Positions 1 to 10,121 of a stretch of 64,000 nt of DNA are shown here, one piece after another (positions within the stretch are counted from its first letter, which is position 1; each line of letters starts with the position of its first letter). The notes beneath the pieces were generated by a model. That model did no database searches and had not been told where the DNA came from. It was given only the letters and a program-made list of their open reading frames with translations. The DNA comes from Octopus sinensis. Lineage: Eukaryota. The DNA lies in assembly GCF_006345805.1 (NCBI RefSeq), contig NC_042998.1:144460001-144524000 (forward strand), in the 5' to 3' direction. The translations under genes were made by a program, and so were the position numbers.

Positions 1-169
1 CTGGGTGCTTTCCTCATGCTACTGGCACTAGTGTGGTTGCTATGCAGCTCAGACGACTACAAAACCTGAGGTGAGAGTGACTTTATGCTAAGAGATTAGA
101 TTCAAAGTACAAGAGAAGGGAGAAGGGTAGAGCAGGTTGTTATTGTAGAGGAGCTAGATGGCTACTGAC

Positions 170-830
170 ATTTAGGGGAGAGATTAATAATGAATCAGTG
201 TAGCTGCAAAAAAATAGTAGTGATGAGTTGTCCAGGTGGTACCCCAATGTATAAGGTGAGTGGAAATTTGTCAGTGTTGTCAAAAGCTTCATCTGGTTAC
301 TCAGAACTTATTTGAAAGTTGTTTTCAAGTCCTTGGCTGCTCATAGATTTATCAAAGTTCAATTTTGATGCTTACCACAGAAGGGAGGAAGAAGTAATGA
401 TTTATAAGAGAAAGAGAAAAACTGGAAGTTTCTATGAGATTAATGACCAGATCTGGTACAAATTCCCACTCAACTAGTGTTGTAGATAGAATCATAAACA
501 CTAAAAGACTGGCTTGGAAAACCTGGAAGAAAGTGGGTAGCAAAGAAAAATATCAAACAACTTAAAGAGAAGCTGGACACCAGGTATATTTAGCAAGGGG
601 AGAAGCAGAAAGAAAGAGGTTTGCACATGTTCTGTATGAGAGGTATGAGCTGTTTGAGTTTACTAGGTGGTATATTAGAGAGAATTGAGATGTGAGAAAA
701 GTGTACAGAATGATAACACCACACTTGCTCTTACTGACAATGAAGAGAAACAGGCAAGGGAGCATGACTATGTGGAGAATACATGGACGGGTAGAGTCTA
801 TCCCCAAAAGACTCTACAAAATAATCAGAC
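170..830 (-). mobile_element. Possible CR1/L2-like LINE relic
   Basis: Minus-strand fragments resembling DLVIN (endonuclease), EAFD and GVPPG (RT); no long frame. Confidence 0.3.
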
Positions 831-925
831 AATAAGGTTGTCAGCAGTGTAGTAGATAGAGGGATTAAGGATGTAAAAGCAGTAAAGCAGTTGGTTTCAT
901 TAGAGTTAGTTGTTGATATGTTTAA

Positions 926-1145
926 CCCTGTAGCATTCTGATTACTATGTCAAATGTAATACTTATTTATTCGTATTGTTTCAACTTAATTGTGCATTAT
1001 CTTGAAACTTTGAGATTTCAATGATGTGATTATTTATTTTCAGAATGATATTGTAGGGTAGGTGTGAGAAGCTGGATCTGGGCAGTTTTAACATAAAACA
1101 GGCAGAATGATTGAGCTGGATATGGCTGGTTTCAATGCTAAAGGG
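926..1145. mobile_element. piggyBac-type MITE, family A
   Basis: TTAA-CCCT(G)TAGCATT ... AATGCTAAAGGG-TTAA; related copies at 47619-47794, 37781-37995 and 6670-6752 (inverted half). Confidence 0.85.
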
Positions 1146-1560
1146 TTAAAATATCTGGTGCAGTAGGACATTGGCTAATCACTTATATAGCCAGTCAGCT
1201 AATACAAAGAGGTGCCATACCCAATGACTGAAATAGCAGTATCATCGCAAACAACTGGAAGGACAAAGGAAATGCTTTAGAGAGAGGAAATTGTAGAGAT
1301 ATCAGATTGTTGGATTGGGCTATGAAAATCATAGACAGGTTTTCATTGATGTTTTAACTTCCACTTTTCCATGATTGCATGGTTAGATGGAATTTGCTGA
1401 GGCAGATTTTTACATGGCTGGATGCCCTTCCCATTGCCAACCCTCATGTTTCCTCATGGCCTGACATGTTTACATAGAAGATCGGAAATGAACAACGTCG
1501 CTTGACAACCAATGTCGATGTGTTTATGTCCCATGCATAGAAGAAAAAAAAACACACACA

Positions 1561-1599
<39 letters not shown>

Positions 1600-1600
<1 letters not shown>

Positions 1601-1885
1601 CCTGAACCATCATGGGGTACAGAGGATTCGCAATCTAGACTAGGGTCTGAAAGTTTTACCACACCATAGTGGGTTACACCATGGTTCCTCTGCTTTGTGC
1701 CAGAAGTAGGAAGAAAGAGTGAGAGAAAGTTGTGGTGAAAGAGTACAGCAGGGTTCACCCCCCGCCCTGCTGGAGCCTTGTGGAGTTAGATGTTTTTGCT
1801 CAATAAACACTCACAATGCCTGGTCTGGGAATTGAAGCCACGTTCTTATGAATGTGAGTCCACTGCCCTAACCACTGGGCCATTG
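1600..1885 (-). mobile_element. tRNA-headed SINE (third family) ending in (TG)n
   Basis: Minus strand begins tggcccagtggttagggcagtggactc...ttcaattcccagacc (A/B-box-like); a related copy lies at about 43770-43990(+). Confidence 0.6.
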
Positions 1886-1889
1886 TACC

Positions 1890-2297
1890 GCCACAGTTCC
1901 TGTTGTACATGTTCTTGTTGTTTCTGTTGTTCTTGTTGCTGCTGTAGTTGTCGTTGCAACTGAACTATGGAAGCTGATAGGTCTTCCATGCTAAGAACCT
2001 CCACCATGAGCTTCAAATGTCTCGTCACCACTGTTGTGTCTTGTTGACACTATTATGTCCTTCAAATTCACTGTATATGTCACTTTATAACATGGACTTA
2101 TAACCAGATTATAACAATACAAATATCAACCAGAAACAACACATAATAAACAATATCTCTTCTCAACGACTTCTATGACTATCTTCACAAAGTACCTGCA
2201 TATGCCATACTATCACTCACTGACAGTGTGCACGCGCCTTTATACGGTTTAGGACAATTGACTTCCTGTCCCACAGGGGTGTCACAATTTCACCACA
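1890..2297 (-). mobile_element. Remnant of a second LTR retrotransposon: LTR, canonical PBS and start of a Gln-rich gag-like ORF
   Basis: Minus strand begins TGTGGTG, has TATAAA and ends ...ACAACA, then G TGGTGACGAG (tRNA-Ser(GCT)-like PBS, plus 2021-2030), then MEDLSASIVQLQRQLQQQQ. Confidence 0.6.
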
Positions 2298-2316
2298 GCA
2301 CACACAGAAATATATA

Positions 2317-2516
2317 CGAGAGGGTGCTGAGAAGTTCCTGACTTTGGACATAACAAAATATAGGAGGATCAGTTAATTATGATTTTGTTGAACATATTCT
2401 CCCTCTCTGATTCACACACTTATTGCAGCAGCCCTTCAATTTTTTTAAGCCCTGTAAAAATACTCGGAAGGTTGCACATGATACTTTTAAAGCCAGGAAC
2501 TTTCAGTACTCTTTTG
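2317..2516. mobile_element. Mariner-type MITE (200 bp)
   Basis: TA flanks; imperfect TIR cgagagggtgctgagaagttcctgacttt / aaagccaggaactttcagtactcttttg. Confidence 0.75.
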
Positions 2517-2546
2517 TATGTATGTATGTGTAGGTATATATACATA

Positions 2547-2577
<31 letters not shown>

Positions 2578-2838
2578 ATATGTAGGTATGTATACATATG
2601 TATGTGTATATATATATATTAGCAACAGGAACACAAGGTAATATTTATTCTCACTTAAATGTGGATGTTCTGTTAGAACAAACTATACTGCAGTAGATAC
2701 CATGAGAGAAACACTTATATTGGTTTTTTGGTGCAAAATACACTCTTGTTTATATAGCAGGCAGGGAGATAAATTCCTGCCACCTCCAGTGCTGACTTCA
2801 ATCAATCTTCCTTGGCCTTGTCAATGATGGACAATATA

Positions 2839-4787
2839 CAGGGTTATTCAAAAAGAAAGAGCAGATTTTAAATTTATTTTTAAAACAAATGGTAAGAGAC
2901 ACAAGCATATCATCATCATCGGTTAACGTCCGCTTTCCATGCTAGCATGGGTTGGACGATTTGACTGGGGACTAGCGAACCAGATGGCTGCGCCAGGCTC
3001 CAATCTGATCTGTCAGAGTTTCTACAGCTGGATGCCCATCCTAACGCCAACCATCTGAGAGTGTAGTGGGTGCTTTTAACATGCCACCAGCACGAGGGCC
3101 AGTCTTGGCAACGGCCACGCTCGAAAATGGTGTTTTGTTCACGTGCCACCGACAGAAGTGCCAGTGAGGTGACGCTGACAATGATCACGCTCAAATGGTG
3201 CTCTTTACGAGCCAGACAGCTGCTCTGGCAGTGATCTCTCTTGGGATGGAGCTGTTAGTGCTCTACTGGCCAGTCATCGAATTTGGTTCAATTTCGATTT
3301 CACTTTCCTCAACAGGTCTTCGCAAGCAGAGTTTTGTGTCCAAAGAAGGAAAGGTATGCATAAGTGGGCTGGCTACATCCTGGTAAAGGCCATAGGCTAT
3401 GGTCTCACTTGTCCTGCTGGGTCTTCTCATGCACAGCATATTTCCAAAGATCTCGGTCACTAGTCATTGCCTCGGTGAGGCCTAATGTTCGAAGGTCATG
3501 CTTCACCACCTTGTCCCAGGTTTACCTGGGTCGACCTCTTCCACAGGTTCCCTCAAGTGCCAGGGTGTGGCACTTTTTCACACAGCTATCTTCATCCATT
3601 CTTGCCACATAACCATACAAGCACAGTCGTCTCTCTTGCATACCACAACTGATGCTTCTTAGGTCCACTCAAGGAACTTACACTCTGTCGAGTATGTACA
3701 CTGACATTACTCATCCATCGGAGCATACTGGCTTCATTCCTTGCGAGCTTACGCATATCCTCAGCAGTCACGGCCCATGTTTCACTGCCATGTAGCATGG
3801 CTGTTTGCACACATGCATCATACAGTCTGCCTTTTACTCTGAGCAAGAACCCTTTGTCACCAGCAGAGTTAAGAGCTCTCTGAACTTTGCCCAGGCTATT
3901 CTTATTCTAGCAGTTACGCTTTCAGCACACCCGCCCCCACTACTGACTTGGTCACCTAGGTAACGGAAGCTATCAACTACTTCTAGTTTTTCCCCCTGGA
4001 ATGTGGTGGAAGTTGTTCTCTGCACATTTTCACTGTTTATTGCTCCTGAGCATCTGCCACATACAAAAACTATCTTCCCAGTTAGCCTTCCTTTGATATT
4101 GCTGCACCTGTTATGTGTCCATAGCTTACACTGGGTACATCTTATAGAGTTTCTACCTACGCCTTTTCTGCAGATCAAGCAGAGTCATCTACCTGAAGGG
4201 GTTTGTGGTTTGTCTACCTTCCTACTTATGAGGATTTTGGTTTTAGATTTTAATCCTTGCTTCAACACCTGAAGCTTCTCCTCTAGTTCTGATAGTGACT
4301 CAGCAATTAGAGCAAGGTCATCACGTTCTACATATTTCTTGGTAGGGGAAGGTTTAAAGTTTATTTTAAGGTAGTATGCATTCAACATGAGCACCATGTG
4401 TTGCTCGATAAACATCAAAACATCGAAACCCTTTTCTGTGAAATTTTTATGCCTTTCATAAATTTGCTTGTGATGAGGTGGATTTTTATTGAATTGGCGG
4501 TGAAATTCACTTTGCACTTGCACAATTGATTCGCATTTCTCAAACTGCAGCACGCAAAAAGACTTTTCTTGTGGCGTTGCCATTTTCTAAGGGATTACAC
4601 AAATGAAAACTATACAACTTTAAATAAAATGAACAAAATGAAACATTAAAGCAAAATTAAAATATTATTTTATTCAATTGATCGTGTTAAACCTTCCCCT
4701 ATCAAGAAATATGTAGAATGTGTTTGTCTCTTACCGTTTGTTTTAAAAATAAATCTGAAACCTGCTCTTTCTTTTTGAATAACCCTG
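2839..4787 (-). mobile_element. Tc1/mariner internal-deletion derivative with about 100-bp TIRs; left TIR split by the RTE insertion
   Basis: TA-flanked CAGGGTTATTCAAAAAGAAAGAGCAG...; the left TIR resumes at about 4324 (gttctacatatttcttggtagggg). Transposase N-terminal HTH MATPQEKSFCVLQF... is fused to the C-terminal DVYRATHGAHVE motif. Confidence 0.9.
2907..4323 (-). mobile_element. 5'-truncated RTE LINE (same family group as 50850-54564), degraded
   Basis: Homologous RT C-terminal peptides (ORFs 3592-3846, 3834-4178) with stops; truncated at the (YA)DD motif; (GAT)n tail at 2907. Confidence 0.92.
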
Positions 4788-7284
4788 TATATATTGTGTG
4801 CATGTATGTACATATCTGCCTTCTCATCATCATTTAATGCCTGTCTTCCATGTTGGCATAAGTTGGGCAGTTTGACAGGATCTGATGTGTGTATAAAATA
4901 TGTCTGTGTATAAATGTGTGTGTATTCACACTATATGACTGCACCAGAAAACAGTTGGTGGGAAATTGTCTGAATTCCAAATTCTATCGAAATTTCTTTC
5001 TGAGAAATCAGATCCTTACATTGCTGATTTAAAAAATTATAACCACATCTAAAAAAAAAAAAAAAAAAAAAAAACCTAAAGAAATTACACCTATCAATAT
5101 TTGGTTCTGAAAATTGTTTGTATTGGCTAGCCTTTGATTGGTTTCTTCTGTATTAATCTAAAGCAATTATTATTTAGCTATACTATAAGAAACTAAATGC
5201 AAATTGTTTCAGAATTCTTGCTCCTTCACCTTTCCTGTTTGTTTGTATCTCATGAAAACTATATTCATATAATTATTTCTTTATTGCCCACAGGGGGCTA
5301 AACATAGAGGGGACAAATAAGGACAAAGTTCGAGTACATCAACCCCAGTGCAAAAATGATACTTATTTAATTGACTCCAAAAAATGAAAGACAAAGTCAA
5401 CCTTGGCGGAATTTGAACTCAGAACGTAACAGCAGACGAAATACTGCTAAGCATTTCACCTGATATGCTAACCATTCTGCCAGCTTGCCGCCCTAATATA
5501 TTCATATAATACAAAATAAGTGTGTTCTGATTTAGACATAAAACCAGCAGTTTTGAGGGCATGAGGAAAGTTGATGCTGTTAATCCCAGTACTTAACTGG
5601 TATTTTATTTTATTGATCCCAGATGGATTTGAGGCGATGTTGACTTGGGTTAGATTTGAGCTTGGAATGTAAATAATCAGAATAAATGCTGCAAAGTACT
5701 TTTACTGATGCTGTTATGAATCTGTGAGCTCATTACCCTAAATTCAATAGGAATAATGACATTTAAAAGTTATTGTTAAAAATTTAGCCCTAATTGCTAG
5801 CATTTCATTGAAGATTTTCTGCTGGCTTACTGCCCTGGGTAGATCCCTTTTTTTTATATTGACCTCAAAGGATGCAAGACCATTATACTGCAATAAAATA
5901 CTGATATTTATAAACATAGAGGCAGACATGAATATTCACTTACTGAATAAAGCAAGATCTAGTACCCAGTCTACTTTTTAATGTGGTTAGCATTAGGAAA
6001 GGCATCCAACTATAGAAAAAGTGTGCCAAAACATATTTGAGCTCAATGCACTCCTCTGGTTCATCAGATCCTGTTGAACCGCCCAGCCCATGTTAGCATA
6101 GAACACAGATGTCAAATGATGATAACGATGATCATGATCATGTTTGCCACTACTTAAACTTAATTAAATTAGGTCAATGCATTCTTGATATGTAATTTAT
6201 TGAACTTCAAGAATTAAAAAATTCAAGTCAGTCTTTCCAATTTCAACTCCAAACATAGAAGCTGGAAACCAAACTCTGTTAGGCATGAAACTAAGAATGC
6301 TTTGGCACTCAATAGGCACTTATAGTAACATATTTAATTCCTTTGACACCAACTAGTGCTAAGCACACCCTTATTTCTGTGATACATACTTTCTCTTTTA
6401 AAGTGGTCTAAATGAAAACCTCCCATCAAAATTTCATGTTAATTTATGTTCCAAACATCAGCTTCATGATGATGATGATGATCATCATCATCATTTAGTA
6501 TCCGTTTTCCATGTTGGTATGGGTTAGCAGGTTTGATTGTAACTGGTAAGCCAGCAAGCTGCAGCAGACTCTAGTCTGTTTTGTCTTGGTCTCTACTGCT
6601 GGATGCCCTTCCTAACACCAACCACTCTGCAGATTGTAGTGGGTTCCTTTTATGTGTCACCACTAAAATTTCAAGGCTATGAGATGATGCATGGTTAATT
6701 CAAAACATAAATAAATATTACATTTGTTAGAGTAATCTGAATGTTAAAGGGTTAAGTTAGAAAGTAAACAGAACTACTTTTATTGAAATGAAAAATTATT
6801 TTACCAAATTCTTTATTATTGCCAAAATTAAATGGTTACAAAAGGTTTAAGATCCATGAAGGGAGTCATGAGTTTAGTGAAAGTGTAACTTGAATGGTAA
6901 CATCCATTACTATTCGAAATCTGGTTGTAAGAAATTCAATTTAACTCTTTCATTTACTGTATTTCTAATGTAAACACGGTGTGTTTCAATCAATTTGGGA
7001 AATAATCAAGAATTTGGAGAGATTTTGTAAAATTGGTCCTTTTGTTTCCATTAATACAATTGCATTTCAATCAAAACTTTAATATTGCAGAAAATTATAA
7101 CAGAAGGGTCTAATTTACATATGAATACTTCAGAATGAGGTTTTGTATTATGATACAGTAAGTAGGTAAGAAGGGGCAGTCTTGGGTAGGTTTGGCTATA
7201 AAAATTTTGAGATTAATTTATTGAATATTTGAAAAGATTAATATAACATTTTCTGTATTTTTTTCTTTTTTTCCTCCTCACTAG

Positions 7285-8261
7285 GAATAGCCAGATGCAA
7301 AATAATGAAGCTCAACCAAATCTGCCATCAAAGAATATGTCTGTTTCTCAACCTGCTGGTAATCAGGCTGCAGTTCCAGCTGAAACTGGCCAAAATGCAG
7401 GAGCAGCTGGAGGTAATACTATTTTAGGTATGAATTCTGCAAACAATGTTAATCAGGGTACCAATAACAAGGAAGTAATTGCTGCTCCCAACTCTAATGA
7501 TAATAAAGCAGGTGGGGTTGAAAATCAAGCAGCTGGTGCTCCTCCTATTAATAAAGATGTTGCTGGTGGAAATCCAGGAGCTGCTGTTCCTCCTACCAAT
7601 AACAATGTTGTTAGTGGAAATCCAGGAGCTGTTGTCCTTCCTGCCGATAATGCAGTTGGTGGAAATCCAGGAGCTGGTGCTCTTCCTGCCAATAACGATG
7701 TTCCTGCTGGAAACCCAGGAGCTGTTGTCCCTCCTGTTAATAATGATATTGCTGGTGAAAATCCAGGAGCTGGTGTTCCTCCTGCCAATAACGATGTTGC
7801 TGGTGGAAATCAAGGAGCTGTTGTCCCTCCTGCCATCAATAATGATGGTGGTGCTCCAGTCAATCAAGATGTTGGCGCTGGAGATCCAAAAATTATTCTG
7901 CCACAGAACAATGATGCTGCTATAGGAAATCTGGGACCTGTTGTTCCTCTTCTCAATAATAATAATGAAGGTGGTGATGGTGTTGGTAACGGTCTAGATG
8001 GTGTTATTGGTATGGCTGAAAAGTTGAAAGAACAGGACGTTGCTGGCGGCAAGCTCACTCCTACAGAACCCTCCCATATCAATGGCATGCCTGCTGGAGC
8101 TGCATTTAATGACAATTTTATTATCAACCAACCTAAAATAGAATCTAAGGAACCTAAAACTGGTTTATTGGACATACTTAAAAATAACAATATTTTATTT
8201 GAAAACCAATACAAAACTGCTCCGAGCATCAACAATCCTAATCTACTTGCTGCACAGGATG
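7285..8261 (+). CDS. Large internal coding exon (977 nt) of an unidentified host gene; Asn/Gly/Pro/Ala/Val-rich low-complexity segment with 15-16 aa repeats
   Basis: Long polypyrimidine tract ending cactag at 7284; open frame through ORF 7295-8272; donor GAT G|gtaagt at 8261/8262. Starts in phase 2 and ends in phase 1; the N-terminal exons lie outside the window. Confidence 0.88.
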
Positions 8262-9043
8262 GTAAGTTTTGATTTTGTATTTTTCAGTGTATTTTTTTTT
8301 TTTTTATATTTTCACTTAAACTTCCTTTTTAATGGAAAAAACTTTTCAAACTGTTTATATCTTCATTGATTTTTAATTTCACAAGACATTTCAATCAATT
8401 TATTTAAGGCTCTCCTGTTGGTGCTTCTATCAGATTTTATTTTAGTGCTTTACATCTATTTATCCATGTTACAATACTTGCAAATTTTGAAATTTGTATT
8501 TTTTCACACTGTTGGAGCAAGTGTTTCTAGGTGATTAGCCTTCCTACTGCTAATGACACAACTCTAAAATGAGTGGAACTTTTCAGTCATGTAGGCGAAA
8601 GGAGATAATCTGATTGATATATGTTCTTTGTTTAGGAACAAACACATTGCAATGATAGCAATGCATCCATTGCAGCTCACTGAACATCTAGCTTTAGTTT
8701 CAGTCTCCCCATAAGTCCAAATGCGATGCCTTTTTTGGCACGTCTTGGGTGATGATAATATTGTTAGTAGTTATTCATATCCTTTCAATATCTGATGCTT
8801 TTTTTTTTAATCCGTAACTGAAATGTAATGAGGCACTTGTTGATTATACAATGTATGCACTTCATCTTCATCATCATTGCTTTAATGTCCATTAGATTGG
8901 ATGAAATTCATTGAGACTGATTTTCTCTAGCCAAATGCTCTTCTAGTCACTAATCTTTATCTGTTTCCAAGCAAGGTAATATTTCTTCTAGCTTTTCAAA
9001 TGCAAAAAGCTCACTAGCTAGACATGTTTTCGGAGTAGATTGC

Positions 9044-9319
9044 TGTGGTGTGGTGATGAGGGAGTGTGACAGAGAGGGAGGGAGCGGAAGTGGGTCTTGC
9101 CGGTCTCGCAGGGCGCATGCGCCGGCGGAAGCGGAAGCGAGAGACAGAACGCACGTGCGGCATCGACCAGGGCGGTCAGACTCGAGAACGACGCCAAGAC
9201 GACAAGACGCTAGCAAGTTGGCTCAAGGCGAATCCGGCTTCATCTCTGCAGGTAAGACCAAATTACACTTCTAATTCTTTTCCTTGTTCTGTTACGCTCC
9301 TTTCACCACACTTATCACA
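9044..9319 (+). repeat. 5' LTR
   Basis: Direct repeat of 12936-13211; differences c/a at 9100 region (ttgccggt vs ttgcaggt) and c/t (gaacgc vs gaatgc). Confidence 0.97.
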
Positions 9320-9331
9320 AGCTATTTCGGC
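9320..9331 (+). promoter_or_regulatory. Non-canonical primer-binding site complementary to the 5' 12 nt of tRNA-Phe(GAA)
   Basis: AGCTATTTCGGC directly follows the LTR; its reverse complement GCCGAAATAGCT equals nt 1-12 of animal (human/Drosophila-type) cytosolic tRNA-Phe, recalled from knowledge. Confidence 0.8.
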
Positions 9332-9372
9332 AAAATAATCACTCGGTTTCGTAAAAATAAAAAATAAAAATT

Positions 9373-10112
9373 ATGCAGACTGCTATGATTTCACGCGACC
9401 CTATAACACCGTTTTGCGGCGACACCGACGTGGTCGCTTGGTTGAGGAGGGTGAAGTTGGTGGCGAAGCTACACGGCATAGCTGACCTGGCTAGTTTTAT
9501 GCCGTTGTATTTGGATGGCCTGGCGTTGGCGTTATATCTGGAGATGGAGGAGACGGACCAACGCAGCGCGGAGAAGGTGGAGATCCGACTTATGGAGGCC
9601 TTCGCGGAAGGAATGTTCGAAGCGTACACTCGACTGGGTAGGATGAGGTGGACGTGTTCGCCGGCGAGCTTAGAAGGTTGGCAAAACTTGCGGGATATGA
9701 GGGAGAGTCGCTAGAACGCACGGTCAGGTTAGCGTTCGTGACCGGCTTTCCCGACATCATGTCGGTCGAGCTACAGAAGCTCCCGAACGTGCGTTCGATG
9801 CCGATGGCCGAGATTATATCGCGGGCACGTGTACTGGTGTCGTGCAGCAGGTTGACGTCGGTAGCAGCGACGGCAACGTCGAAAAGTGGCCCAGCTAGGA
9901 GCAACGGAGAGGGGCTGGGGAAAGAACGCGTGCGATCGTTTAAGGGACAGTGTTTCCGGTGCCAGGGCCCACACATGGTCCGTGACTGCGCGTCGCCCAA
10001 GCCCGAGGTGATTTGCTACCGGTGTCGAGAGCCGGGGCATGTGGCCAGCGAGTGTCTGCGGGGAAACGGACCGCGGGAGACTACTGCGCCGGTAGTTGTC
10101 CCTTTGGATTAG
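9373..10112 (+). pseudogene. gag: Retrotransposon gag with two zinc knuckles; frameshifted near 9650
   Basis: ORF 9373-9714 switches to ORF 9648-10112 at aggtggacgtgttc; knuckles CFRCQGPHMVRDC and CYRCREPGHVASEC. Confidence 0.85.
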
Positions 10113-10121
10113 TAGCGGCGC
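10061..10121 (+). promoter_or_regulatory. -1 programmed ribosomal frameshift signal (G GGA AAC plus H-type pseudoknot)
   Basis: Heptamer in the gag frame with pol in the -1 frame; 7-nt spacer; stem 1 GGGAGACTAC/GTAGTTGTCCC; stem 2 GCGCCG (10086-10091)/CGGCGC (10116-10121). Confidence 0.85.

Noticed and set aside
4185-4583. 132-aa ORF as a gene
   Set aside because: Accidental fusion of a Tc1 transposase N-terminus, TIR sequence and an RTE RT fragment.
7424-8235. Overlapping antisense and alternate-frame ORFs on the repeat exon
   Set aside because: By-products of the 48-nt repeat periodicity; they have no splice-site or compositional support.
9044-9331. Tf1-style self-priming as the explanation for the PBS
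   Set aside because: GCCGAAATAGCT, or a close match, does not occur in the LTR.
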